The translations under genes were made by a program, and so were the position numbers. The notes beneath the pieces were generated by a model that did not search any database, was not told the DNA's origin, and saw only the letters and a program-made list of their open reading frames with translations. Positions 27,363 through 37,023 of a stretch of 64,000 bases of DNA are shown here, piece by piece. Numbering within the stretch: position 1 is the stretch's first letter; each line of letters opens with the position of its first letter. Origin of the DNA: an uncultured bacterium (GTDB lineage Bacteria > Omnitrophota > Omnitrophia > Omnitrophales > Aquincolibacteriaceae); the NCBI GenBank assembly GCA_964373045.1, contig CAYJSI010000005.1:371-64370 (forward strand), written 5' to 3'.

Positions 27363-28780
27363 AAAATCTTAAACTCTTTTTCAAGTCGCAGTTCGAGCTT
27401 CTTTTTCTTGCTTACCTCCTCTCTTTTTTTCTTACCCTAGGAACCGATCATACCCCCCAGGTGTTTCTCCGCATGGTCTGGGGAGGCATTCTCATCGGCG
27501 CGTCATTTATTTTGTTCGGCAAAAGAAGCGGGGAAGGTTCATTTAAAAATGTTGCTTCGCTTCTTTTCGTCACTTTTTTTGTCTTTGAGCTGATACGCTC
27601 TCTGTGGGCGGGGTGGGGACTTCGCACCGCACCGGAAGGACTCGATTATTTGATTCATCGCCAACGGCTCGTCTCACCCCTCAAATGGTTTTTTTATTTG
27701 GGTTTCTTCAACCTGAGTTACTCTTTTTTCTCAGAAAAGAAGAAACTTTATCATCTCTTCTGGCTCCTCGCCTGGGCCGCCTTTTTTTTGGCCTTAAACG
27801 GCATTCCGCCTCTTCTGAGGGAAACGCATCACGCGGGTTACGAAAATCCCCATGGCGGGTATGTGTTCTTCTGGCCTCCGCTTTATTTTTCAAAGTCCGT
27901 GTCCGATTATGTGCTGGGATGGGTTTATCAAAGTAATTATACCGGCGATATCGTCGCCTTAGGTTTCTTCGCGGCCTTCGCGATATTTCTTTATGCCTTT
28001 CAGATGGCTTGCGAAAAGAATCGTTATTCCGAAGAAGAGAGAAAATATCTTTCTGCCACCACCCTGGGAATGCCGCCTCTTTTTGTAGGGACAATCGCCC
28101 TGGCCACCCTCCTTTTTAATTCCCGCGGAACCATCCTGTCCTTTGCCCTCACCCTCGTCCTTTATTTTCTTTCCCTTCTCCTTAAATTTCGCTCTAAAAG
28201 CCAGCTTTTTATAAGCGGATTGGCGGCGGTCTTCATCTTCGGCTTCTTTGCCTGGGCCGGGAATCCGGCCGGCACCCTCAAGGAACTTCAGACGATTCAG
28301 GAAGAAACGGATCCGCACACTCAGAAGAGTTTTATCGCGAATGTAGAAGGCGCTCAGAGGGCCGTAGCTATCTATCGCGCTTACCCGATCTGGGGCGTAG
28401 GCACAGATGGCTATGAAAAAGTATCCGAGCATTTTGCTACCGAAAAAAGCAGGCAAGCAACGGAAAGACGCGGGGCCTATCAACTCGCGCAATTTAAGGC
28501 AATGTCCCATTATCTGCAGATCCTTGCCGAAGAGGGCCTCGGCGCTTTTCTCTATGGTCTGTTTTTGATTGCCTACGCATGGATATTAATCAGCCGGTTG
28601 ATCTGCGTAAAAAGCAGATTCCAATTTATTGCGGCTCTTTCGCTGGCAGCGCCGGTTTTTTTAATTTTGGTCCACGCAAGTTTTGGATTTCTTATGCAGC
28701 AATTTTCTGTTTCCATGCTAGTCTATTCCCTCATGGGCGCAAGCCTGGGCGCCCTGCGCCGTGATTTTGTCCACTCTTAA
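27359..28780 (+). CDS. O-antigen ligase-like (Wzy_C domain) polytopic membrane protein
   Basis: More than 10 TM helices. The periplasmic-loop motif ...AMSHYLQILAEEGLGAFLYGLFL resembles the O-antigen ligase/polymerase family. Confidence 0.6.
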   Translation: MKNLKLFFKSQFELLFLAYLLSFFLTLGTDHTPQVFLRMVWGGILIGASFILFGKRSGEGSFKNVASLLFVTFFVFELIRSLWAGWGLRTAPEGLDYLIHRQRLVSPLKWFFYLGFFNLSYSFFSEKKKLYHLFWLLAWAAFFLALNGIPPLLRETHHAGYENPHGGYVFFWPPLYFSKSVSDYVLGWVYQSNYTGDIVALGFFAAFAIFLYAFQMACEKNRYSEEERKYLSATTLGMPPLFVGTIALATLLFNSRGTILSFALTLVLYFLSLLLKFRSKSQLFISGLAAVFIFGFFAWAGNPAGTLKELQTIQEETDPHTQKSFIANVEGAQRAVAIYRAYPIWGVGTDGYEKVSEHFATEKSRQATERRGAYQLAQFKAMSHYLQILAEEGLGAFLYGLFLIAYAWILISRLICVKSRFQFIAALSLAAPVFLILVHASFGFLMQQFSVSMLVYSLMGASLGALRRDFVHS

Positions 28781-28795
28781 GAGCTTTTCGTTTTC

Positions 28796-29515
28796 ATGAA
28801 GGTGCCGAGGAGCTGGATTCTTATCCTTTCTTTGATGGGAGCGGGTTGCGCACTGCAGGGCTGGCCCTTCCCGGCGGATTCAGCTGTTGAGGTCACACGG
28901 CATTCTTTTTTGTTCACGTCTTCCTTGATCCCCGGGCATGAAGAGGCATTGGATTATCATTTGTTGGCATTCAAGGGGGATGCCTCCCGAAAAAAATATC
29001 CCCTCCTCGTTGTCTTCCATGGAACCGGGCAAAAGGGATTGAGTTATCTTGACCTTTGGAAACAAGGGGCTGCGGATCACGGATTTATGGTTGCCGCGCC
29101 TGAATTGCAGCGGTCCTACGGGGAATTGCCGGCGGACCTAGAATTTTTGCGCTCTTTCGTTCAAGAAGTGGCCCGTCTTTATCCCGTCGACCGAAACAAA
29201 ATTGTGCTGGCCGGCGTCTCCTCCGGGGCAGCGATGGTGCGATGGCTCGCGAATCAGTATCCCGCGGAATGGCACGCCATCATTTTGATTGCCTCGCCCA
29301 TGCCGTCCAGCTCAAAGGAAGGTCAACCCTACCCGCCTTTTCTATTTGTGCACGGGGGCAACGATTCAGCATTTCCTCTATCGGGAGTCCTCCAGGAATC
29401 AGAGAAGCTTAAAGATTTGGGTATCCGGGTCAACCTGCTCGTTTTTAAGGATGCCGGTCACGAGCAAAAGCCTGAGTGGACCGATGCGATTTTGGATTGG
29501 GTGGAGAGGGTTTAG
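28796..29515 (+). CDS. alpha/beta-hydrolase esterase (PHB-depolymerase/phospholipase-carboxylesterase-like), lipoprotein
   Basis: Lipobox LMGAGC. Nucleophile elbow GVSSG, plus downstream Asp and His (HGGND, GHEQ). Confidence 0.6.
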   Translation: MKVPRSWILILSLMGAGCALQGWPFPADSAVEVTRHSFLFTSSLIPGHEEALDYHLLAFKGDASRKKYPLLVVFHGTGQKGLSYLDLWKQGAADHGFMVAAPELQRSYGELPADLEFLRSFVQEVARLYPVDRNKIVLAGVSSGAAMVRWLANQYPAEWHAIILIASPMPSSSKEGQPYPPFLFVHGGNDSAFPLSGVLQESEKLKDLGIRVNLLVFKDAGHEQKPEWTDAILDWVERV

Positions 29516-29538
29516 CAGCGTGCGGGGTGCGGTAACGC

Positions 29539-30912
29539 CTACTCTTGAATGATATAAGAGCTCTCGTCCTTTTTTTTCACTTCTTTTTTAACTTCAATTC
29601 CCCGGGTCATACATTCAAAATAATCCGCAAAATCTTTTTTGGCGTTCGAGACGCCGGCAAGCCCGACCGAAAGAAGGGGAAATTTAACCGTAACGTCTTC
29701 ACCCGTTTCCGTAAAACGCCGGCGGTCTTGGTGGAGGGTATAACCGAGATCAAGGTCGTCTTTTCGATAAATCGCCGTAAGGACCTCGGATTCAAAGAGT
29801 TTACATACACGCTCCGCAACATCCTTGGCTTTTTGCGGGCGGGTGATCATGACAAAGTCATCGCCCCCGTGATGCCCTACAAAATCATCCGAGGCGCCTT
29901 TTTCTCGAATGGCCTTCAAGAGAATTTCGGCTGTTTTTTTAATCGCCATGTCGCCGCGCCCTAATCCGAAGTGGTCGTTGAACACCTTAAAACGGTTGAG
30001 ATCAACATGGAAGAAAACAAATTTCTGGCGCTCAAAGATCCGCTTATTAATTTCCTGAAAGATGGTGTCGTTTCCGGGAAGCCGCGTGAGGGGATTGGCC
30101 TCTTCGGCGCGCTGCTTGACCTCCTTCATGGCGTCACTCATCTGGTTGAAGGTTTGCGCCAGCATCTCAATTTCATCCCCCGTGTTCAGGGTGACATGCG
30201 TCCCCAGTTTTCCCTTGATGACCTCGCGGGTGCCCTCGTTCAATTGACGAATGGGATCGACGATCGACTTTGCCAATCCCCGCCCGATTAGTATTCCTAC
30301 AAAAATAATCATACAGAGAATGACGGCAAGACTTCCGCGGGATTTCGAGAGGGCGTCCTGCATCGTCGCGAGCGAAAAGACAACGCGGGCGACCCAAGTT
30401 TTATCTGAATCAGCCGCCTTGAGAGGGATGTAGGCCATTAACTGTTTGTTTTGAGCATTGACCTTGGCATGATAAGCCCTTCCCAGCTGTTTTTCGTGGA
30501 GACTTTCCTCCAGCGCTTGATTGTCCACGGGGGTCCAGGGGATCGAGTTGTCTTCAAAGAGAAGCCGTTTATCGAAGACATCGATCATTTGAATGTGGGA
30601 AATCTCATAGGCCTGGATTAATTTGTCCATTTTTTCTTTCAAGGGAGCCGGGTCATTGAGGTCAGGCTGCTTTTTGATTTCAGCCGTCAAGACTTTGTGG
30701 ATATCGCTCAGGGCAAGCCGGCTTTTGATTTCGAGGAATTCATTCATGATACGAAGCTGGATGGTGAGCTGCATGGCCGCAATAATGACCGCTAAAAGGA
30801 AAAGAGGGATGATCAGCCTGAGCAGGATTCGAGCGAGGACGGTTGTCTTCTTGTGGCGAGCGATATGCAGCATATAAGTTAGACTTAAACGTGTCTTCCC
30901 TTTACGGCCCAT
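29539..30912 (-). CDS. membrane-anchored diguanylate-cyclase-like GGDEF-domain protein (motif reads GGDDF)
   Basis: N-terminal TM, a periplasmic sensor segment, a second TM and a HAMP-like linker. The GGDEF-domain signature is FKVFNDHFGLGRGDMAI...HHGGDDFVMI. Confidence 0.8.
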   Translation of the reverse strand: MGRKGKTRLSLTYMLHIARHKKTTVLARILLRLIIPLFLLAVIIAAMQLTIQLRIMNEFLEIKSRLALSDIHKVLTAEIKKQPDLNDPAPLKEKMDKLIQAYEISHIQMIDVFDKRLLFEDNSIPWTPVDNQALEESLHEKQLGRAYHAKVNAQNKQLMAYIPLKAADSDKTWVARVVFSLATMQDALSKSRGSLAVILCMIIFVGILIGRGLAKSIVDPIRQLNEGTREVIKGKLGTHVTLNTGDEIEMLAQTFNQMSDAMKEVKQRAEEANPLTRLPGNDTIFQEINKRIFERQKFVFFHVDLNRFKVFNDHFGLGRGDMAIKKTAEILLKAIREKGASDDFVGHHGGDDFVMITRPQKAKDVAERVCKLFESEVLTAIYRKDDLDLGYTLHQDRRRFTETGEDVTVKFPLLSVGLAGVSNAKKDFADYFECMTRGIEVKKEVKKKDESSYIIQE

Positions 30913-31045
30913 TTTTTGAAAAACTTAATGAATGAATGATTTGTCCGATAATAGGGATACAGCTTTGAACCCCAGGGATGAGTCTGTTACTCCCTCAAAG
31001 GGTAACACCTTGTCTAATAAGAGGTTATGAAAGCCGAGGGTAGCG

Positions 31046-32962
31046 ATGAAAGGTATTCGAGCCTGGGTGGTAGCGATTTTTGGCGGCATCGGTCTTATCG
31101 CGGCAGGGTTTTCTTTTTATTCCAATTTTCTTCTTGATTACTCACTGGAAAATTTGGAAATCGCCCTTCAGGCGACCGATCAAAAGGCGGAAAATTTAAG
31201 TCCGTTGTACGAAAGCGTCTACAGCGCAGTGGCCCAAGACCTTGCCTTCGAAGAGGCTTCTAAGACAGAGTCCAATCTGCAAAGCCTCCTGCTTCTTGAA
31301 CGCGCCTCCCAATCCTTTGAAGGAGCGATCGACCGGGGAGGAAGCCAGCGGGCCAATTTTTATCTGACGGAAGTGGCAAAGAAACAATCGGCGAAGCGGA
31401 GCCGTCCTCTCCAGGCCCTTGACTGGGCCTACAAAAGATGGAAACAGCTTTTTTCTTTTATTCGATCGTTTGTGGGTTATGTCCACGATCGGATTTCCCC
31501 GCCCAAGCAGAAGGAAGAAAAGCCTCTGGAGTATTCCGCCATGCTGCTTCTGAACCAGGCCGAACAATCAGAAAAAAATGGGATGCTGGTGGAAGCCGCC
31601 AATCTTTATCGAAAATTTCTTGCGGGAAACTTTGACAAGAGGGATCAAGGTCTCGTAAGTATTTCTCTCGCCCGCCTTTTAATCAAGCAAAAAAAATGGA
31701 CGGAAGCAGAAAAAATTTTGCGTGACATTCAACAGAGATTTCCCGGAAGCGCCGAGTGGAATTTGGCCGCAGCCCTGCTTAAGAAGGTCAACCTGATACG
31801 GGTGCGGGATAAAACCATCGGAAAACTTCAATCGCTCATCGCCTCCCATCAGGGCAGTCCCAGGGCCGACGCTTATCAGTTTGAGATGGCCTTGGCCTAT
31901 CTTTCCTCCAACCAGATCGCCCCGGCGCTAGAGGTTCTTAAAAAAATCGAAAATACGGGTTACCCGGGTTTGCGTCCCAAGACCATGTTTTATCTCGGCT
32001 GGCTCTACAAGTTAAATAGGCAATACGACGAAAGCGAAAAGGCCTTTCAAACTCTTTCAAAGGATCCTGCGGCAAAAGGGGAGCTCGGAGCGGCGATCAA
32101 AGCGCAGTTGGCCGACCTTTATTACCAGAAGAAAGATATGAAAAAATCCATGGCCCAATATCAGGAGTTGGCTAAGGGCAGCGATGAAGAAGGAAGCGAA
32201 GTCTGGGGGGCCTTGGCGGAGCTCGAACAGGCCAATATCTATTATTTTGATATGAATCTATCCAAGGAGGCCGAAGAAAAAATGTCACGGCTTCAAAGCC
32301 GCAATGCCTTTTCCCAATCTTTCAACACGTCCGGTTTAAAGAGAGAGATTAATCAAGCCTACCGGGGTTCTCTAAGGGATCGGGCATTTATCGAGATGCA
32401 AAAAGGAAAGACGCGCTCGGCCCTTGATCTATTTGAGCGGGATTTAACCAGTGCGCCAAAAGATGTTTGGACCCACGCGGGTCTCGCAACGGCGAATACG
32501 CTGGTTGGGGACCTACAGCAAGCGCAGATGTTTGCAGACCAGGCCTATCTTCTGAAGGCGGATGAATACACGGCCTCTGTCCGGGGTTACGTCTACGCCC
32601 TTCTCGATCGTCCCAATGAGGCCATCTCCATGTATCAAGAGGCCGCCGGTTTTAACCCGAGTTACTTCCCGGCACAATTTAACCTTTCCTGCGTTTATTT
32701 GCAGCTTGGACGGTATCAGGATGCGCTCAATCTTTTAACGGACCTTGATCGAAGGATACGGAAATCCAGCAGCGTGGTCCGGGCCAAAATTTTAAATAAT
32801 ATGGGATACGCCTTTTGGGGGATGGGACAGCGCGAAAAGGCGGTCGAGAAGTTCAAGCTTGCGCTTGAGCTGGCTCCCGGTCTGCAAACGATAAAAAAGA
32901 ACATTGCACGATTGGAGGAATCCATCGCCGCAATGCCTGAGATCAAGAATAATAAAACGTGA
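31046..32962 (+). CDS. TPR-repeat membrane-anchored protein
   Basis: N-terminal TM helix, then multiple 34-aa TPR-like repeats (W/LG/Y/A/F/A/P pattern). Confidence 0.65.
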   Translation: MKGIRAWVVAIFGGIGLIAAGFSFYSNFLLDYSLENLEIALQATDQKAENLSPLYESVYSAVAQDLAFEEASKTESNLQSLLLLERASQSFEGAIDRGGSQRANFYLTEVAKKQSAKRSRPLQALDWAYKRWKQLFSFIRSFVGYVHDRISPPKQKEEKPLEYSAMLLLNQAEQSEKNGMLVEAANLYRKFLAGNFDKRDQGLVSISLARLLIKQKKWTEAEKILRDIQQRFPGSAEWNLAAALLKKVNLIRVRDKTIGKLQSLIASHQGSPRADAYQFEMALAYLSSNQIAPALEVLKKIENTGYPGLRPKTMFYLGWLYKLNRQYDESEKAFQTLSKDPAAKGELGAAIKAQLADLYYQKKDMKKSMAQYQELAKGSDEEGSEVWGALAELEQANIYYFDMNLSKEAEEKMSRLQSRNAFSQSFNTSGLKREINQAYRGSLRDRAFIEMQKGKTRSALDLFERDLTSAPKDVWTHAGLATANTLVGDLQQAQMFADQAYLLKADEYTASVRGYVYALLDRPNEAISMYQEAAGFNPSYFPAQFNLSCVYLQLGRYQDALNLLTDLDRRIRKSSSVVRAKILNNMGYAFWGMGQREKAVEKFKLALELAPGLQTIKKNIARLEESIAAMPEIKNNKT

Positions 32963-33012
32963 CTTTCTCGTCGTTTTTTTTTCGTAGACCCACAATAACA
33001 CAGTATCGTATC

Positions 33013-34407
33013 ATGCTTGTATTTTTGCTGACCCTGTCTTGTTATTCAAAGATGGCGGAGGCGGTCGTGGGTCAGGCGGAACGTTTTGATGAATTTAAGG
33101 AGGAAGAATTGAAAGAATTTCAAGACAATCTTACGCGTGAAGAAGCGAGCGAACAAACCGGGCAAGGGGGGAAAGATCTGACCGCCGTCTTATCTCGTAA
33201 GAGGAGCGAAGCCAAGAAAGCCAAGGGGGAAGAGAAGGATGCTCTAATGGCTGAAATCGAGGCGCTAAAAAAAACCCTTCTTCAGCTGCCTCCGCGGGAT
33301 CGATTCAAGATTGAAATGAGCGGGCAGCAGAAATATGAATCCAATGTGGCCCGCAAACATCACCCCTTCGAAAAGGATGACAATATTTTTGATACAAAAA
33401 CCACAGGTTTAGTTGATTTATCGGGTCGTAAGACTGATATGCGCTTTGAAAGCGGGTTTGGCCGGCAATGGAACATCACCTTCAGCGAAAAAGATACTTA
33501 TCAGGTGGATGGGCGGCTTCGTTTCCGGAGAAATTATTTCAAGAAATTAACCAACTCGTCGCAGATGAACCTTAGCCGAAACAGTTCCAAAACGGTTGAA
33601 ATTAATGACCCAAAAATCAGGTGGGACAATGCGCAATCCTCCGCCTGGAATTATGCCTTTTCTCAGAAAATGTCAATCAATAACGAAGGCACTTTCACCA
33701 AGAGGTATTTTCCTCAGGAGGCCTTTGATCAGGATTCCTCCTGGGAGTCTGCGGTTGCCCCCAGCGCTTTTTGGAATTTTACGCCCAAAAGCCGCATCTC
33801 AGCGGGCTACAGCGCGGCGACCAACCGCATTCGATCCAAGGCAGGGAATACCAATGCGCGCAATATTCGAATCGGATATTTTGGGAAGGTAACGAAAAAA
33901 TCTTCAGCAAGCGTCGATCTCGCACTCAATCATCAAACGCCAAAATCAAAGGAAAGCGCCAAGAGCAATACTTACACGGCGGGTCTCGGTTTTATTTGGC
34001 AAATGACTCCCAAGACGCAGCTTACGACGCAGTACATTCGGTCTGTGCAGAATACCACCTCCGACCTTCTTAGCGGGGAAGTGAACGGATCCGGTACGAC
34101 ATCCAAGCAAGACAGTCATTTTTACAATGACAGCATTTCCTTTTCACTCAATAGCCGGCTGGCAAGCAAACTGACGGCTGTCCTGACTTTTAATATGTCA
34201 ACGGTCAGAACGCGGGTGGAGAAGGACGGCAATAAAGAAAACGAAACACTCCAAATGTCTTTTCCCGCGACGTTTTCGGCCAATTACGTCTTGGCCCGGT
34301 GGGCGCGGTTATCGACCTCCTATACATTTGGTTACAGGACCGGCAATGAAAAGCCAGATAAAAACAGGGCTCATACCCTGATAACGAGCATGAATGTTTC
34401 CTACTAG
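33013..34407 (+). CDS. outer-membrane beta-barrel protein (EPS-locus associated)
   Basis: Signal peptide. The C-terminal two-thirds alternate polar and hydrophobic residues. It ends in an aromatic residue (...MNVSY), typical of OMP barrels. Positioned directly upstream of wza. Confidence 0.5.
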   Translation: MLVFLLTLSCYSKMAEAVVGQAERFDEFKEEELKEFQDNLTREEASEQTGQGGKDLTAVLSRKRSEAKKAKGEEKDALMAEIEALKKTLLQLPPRDRFKIEMSGQQKYESNVARKHHPFEKDDNIFDTKTTGLVDLSGRKTDMRFESGFGRQWNITFSEKDTYQVDGRLRFRRNYFKKLTNSSQMNLSRNSSKTVEINDPKIRWDNAQSSAWNYAFSQKMSINNEGTFTKRYFPQEAFDQDSSWESAVAPSAFWNFTPKSRISAGYSAATNRIRSKAGNTNARNIRIGYFGKVTKKSSASVDLALNHQTPKSKESAKSNTYTAGLGFIWQMTPKTQLTTQYIRSVQNTTSDLLSGEVNGSGTTSKQDSHFYNDSISFSLNSRLASKLTAVLTFNMSTVRTRVEKDGNKENETLQMSFPATFSANYVLARWARLSTSYTFGYRTGNEKPDKNRAHTLITSMNVSY

Positions 34408-35074
34408 AAAATTTCTCAGTCAACTGTTCGTGTTGATGCTGGCCATTGTCTGGGAGGCATTCTTTTCTCCTCTTCTTTGGGGAGTTGAGTCTTCTTTGCC
34501 TCAGCCCAAGAGTTCTTTGAGTGCCGCAAGCGAGGCAGAGGCAGAGGCAGAGGCTTCCCGGTTTCAATATGTTCTCCAGGCGGGAGACCACATCAAGGTG
34601 AAGATTTTTCCTGAAGATGAATATATACGAGGGGGCGAGACGGAGATTAGCGCGGAGGGAAATATCACATTACCCGTTATGGGAAAAGTCAAAGTGATGG
34701 GGCTGACGGCCATTGAGGCGGAAAAAATGATTGCCAAGGTTTTGGAGATGGATTACCTTGTCGATCCGGAAGTCGCGGTTGAGATTATCACGCGGCAGGC
34801 CTATCAATACTCCCTCCTCGTCTTGGGGCAAGTGAAGAAGCCCGGAAGCATCGAGTTTCCGACCGATACGAGGCGTCTTACCCTTTTGCAGGCCATCTCC
34901 CTTGCCGGGGGATTTACTGAGATTGCCAACATCAAGAAAATTCGGATTGTCCGTAAGGTCAACGAAAAGAACGAAATCATCAAAGCCAATGCGGAAGATA
35001 TTTTGAGTGGAAAAGACCCCGATATTGAAGTCGAGCCGGGAGATACGGTCAATGTGGCGGAAAGTGTTTTTTAG
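34394..35074 (+). CDS. polysaccharide export protein (Wza/Poly_export + SLBB domains)
   Basis: Poly_export motif (YVLQAGDHIKVKIF...GNITLPVMGKVKVMGLTAIEAEK) and an SLBB domain. Confidence 0.8.
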   Translation: MFPTRKFLSQLFVLMLAIVWEAFFSPLLWGVESSLPQPKSSLSAASEAEAEAEASRFQYVLQAGDHIKVKIFPEDEYIRGGETEISAEGNITLPVMGKVKVMGLTAIEAEKMIAKVLEMDYLVDPEVAVEIITRQAYQYSLLVLGQVKKPGSIEFPTDTRRLTLLQAISLAGGFTEIANIKKIRIVRKVNEKNEIIKANAEDILSGKDPDIEVEPGDTVNVAESVF

Positions 35075-35086
35075 GAGAGCGCGTTT

Positions 35087-36913
35087 GTGACGGATCCCAA
35101 CTACATCCCCTACACGGAGGAGGTCGAAAAGCCCTTCGATTACAAACGCTATCTTTATCTCTTCAAGGTTTACTCTCACGTCGTTTTAACCTTCTTCGTT
35201 ATCGTGATCACGCTTACTTTCATATCGGTATCCAAGATTGCTCCTTCCTACCAGGCAACCGCTCAAATTATCGTGGAACGTCCCCGGCCCGTATGGAAGG
35301 GCGATCCCTCCGATACCTCGATGTGGACGGAAGGATTCATGGATGAGTACTACAACACCCAAACGGAAATCATGAAAGGCAATACAGTCATGAGACAGGT
35401 GGTGGATGAACTCAAACTGGTTGATTATTTCGAAGTACCCAATGAGGATGTTGCGGCCGCGCAGTTATCGAAAATGATTTCCATTCAGAGGCTGAAAGAA
35501 AGCCGCCTCTTCAATATTACAACCACTGCCGGGGAAAGCAAATTCGCGGCTGAACTTGCCAATTCGGTGGCGAATGCTTATATCAGGAAAAATTTTGAGG
35601 ATGTTTTGTATTATTCAAGAGAAGTTCTGGCGTGGCTTCCAACCGAAGGCCCACCCGATGAGACGATTACGATTAAGGATGTGACCGGCCGAGCGAGACA
35701 GATGACCCGGGAACAGCTTCTGGAGAGCCTTCCTTCCGTGCGGACGGACCCTACCATCCGTCAGCTTAAGGAAAAAATAAGTTCCCTGGAGGCCGAGCTT
35801 CAGCTTTTGGAAAGACAATACAAAGCCAAGCACCCCCTGATCGTAAAGACGCAGGCGAACTTAAAATTTTTACAGGAAAGCATCGAGCTGGAAAAAAGCC
35901 GGGTCATCGACGGCCTGAAATCCAAAGCCGAGGGAGCGCTCCAGGTCAGTCTCGCCCGTATTGTTGAAGAGGCCCAGTCTCCCAAAGCCCCTTTACCGAT
36001 CGATCGAATCAAACCCCTTGTTGTTGCCGGGCTCGGCCAACTTTGTATCAGTTTTCTGATCATTTTTCTCATGGACTATTTTGACCCCTCCATCCATGCC
36101 ATGGAGGATCTGGAAAGAAAGGGCGTCATGCTTCCTTTCCTTGGCCCCATCCCCTTGGTGAAGGGAAAATTCAAGGAGAACCTCCAACGGTCAATCATCA
36201 GTTATTATGAAAAAAATTCAGAGATTGCGGAAGCCTTCCGGTATCTTCGCGTCGCCATCAACTTTTCAACCACACCTGAATCGCTCAAAAATCTAATCAT
36301 CTCGAGCAGTTTGCCTCATGAAGGTAAGTCCTTCGTCTCCAACAATCTGGCGGTCTCTTTTGCGCAAGACGGAAACCGCACCCTTTTAGTGGATGCGGAT
36401 TTAAGACGTCCCATAGCTCACCGCATTTTCAAACTGGATAATCTAAACGGGCTGTCGAACTTTCTGACGAGCAACATTGATTTCACGGCCGTCCTCAAAG
36501 AAACATTTGTTGAAAATTTAATCGTGGTTCCGAGCGGTCCGACCTCTCCGAATCCGGGTGAAATCTTGGGATCGAACCGCATGAAAAAGTTTATCGAGGA
36601 AGCGCGCAGTCGTTTCGACCGGATTATCATTGATTGCCCGCCCCTGACGGGCATCGGCGACGGTTTTGTGGTCGGGTCTTTAATTGGTCAACTGATTTTA
36701 GTCATCGCCGCGCGTAAGACACCCGCTGATTTAATTAAGCATACGGATCAGCAGCTGCAAAAGTCAGGTATCAAGGTCATTGGGACGGTCCTCAATATGG
36801 TGGACGTCGAAAAGGAAAGGTATTACGGTTACTCCAAACACTATTATCATGTTTACGATCGCTATCATCCCGCCGCCGGAAAGGAAGAAAAGGCTTCCAC
36901 CCCTTCTGATTGA
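35087..36913 (+). CDS. polysaccharide co-polymerase with C-terminal BY-kinase (Wzc/GumC-type tyrosine autokinase)
   Basis: Two TM segments flank a periplasmic coiled-coil domain. Walker A (SSSLPHEGKS), Walker B (RIIIDCPP) and a C-terminal Tyr cluster (YYGYSKHYYHVYDRYH). GTG start. Confidence 0.85.
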   Translation: MTDPNYIPYTEEVEKPFDYKRYLYLFKVYSHVVLTFFVIVITLTFISVSKIAPSYQATAQIIVERPRPVWKGDPSDTSMWTEGFMDEYYNTQTEIMKGNTVMRQVVDELKLVDYFEVPNEDVAAAQLSKMISIQRLKESRLFNITTTAGESKFAAELANSVANAYIRKNFEDVLYYSREVLAWLPTEGPPDETITIKDVTGRARQMTREQLLESLPSVRTDPTIRQLKEKISSLEAELQLLERQYKAKHPLIVKTQANLKFLQESIELEKSRVIDGLKSKAEGALQVSLARIVEEAQSPKAPLPIDRIKPLVVAGLGQLCISFLIIFLMDYFDPSIHAMEDLERKGVMLPFLGPIPLVKGKFKENLQRSIISYYEKNSEIAEAFRYLRVAINFSTTPESLKNLIISSSLPHEGKSFVSNNLAVSFAQDGNRTLLVDADLRRPIAHRIFKLDNLNGLSNFLTSNIDFTAVLKETFVENLIVVPSGPTSPNPGEILGSNRMKKFIEEARSRFDRIIIDCPPLTGIGDGFVVGSLIGQLILVIAARKTPADLIKHTDQQLQKSGIKVIGTVLNMVDVEKERYYGYSKHYYHVYDRYHPAAGKEEKASTPSD

Positions 36914-37023
36914 CCGATTCTCTTAAAAATGGCATAATGGCGCATCTCGCCTAAGTTGGAATATTTAACCCCCTAGACCGTCAGCACTTAGGATTTCTTT
37001 TCTTTGGAGATAATTTTCTCAAG

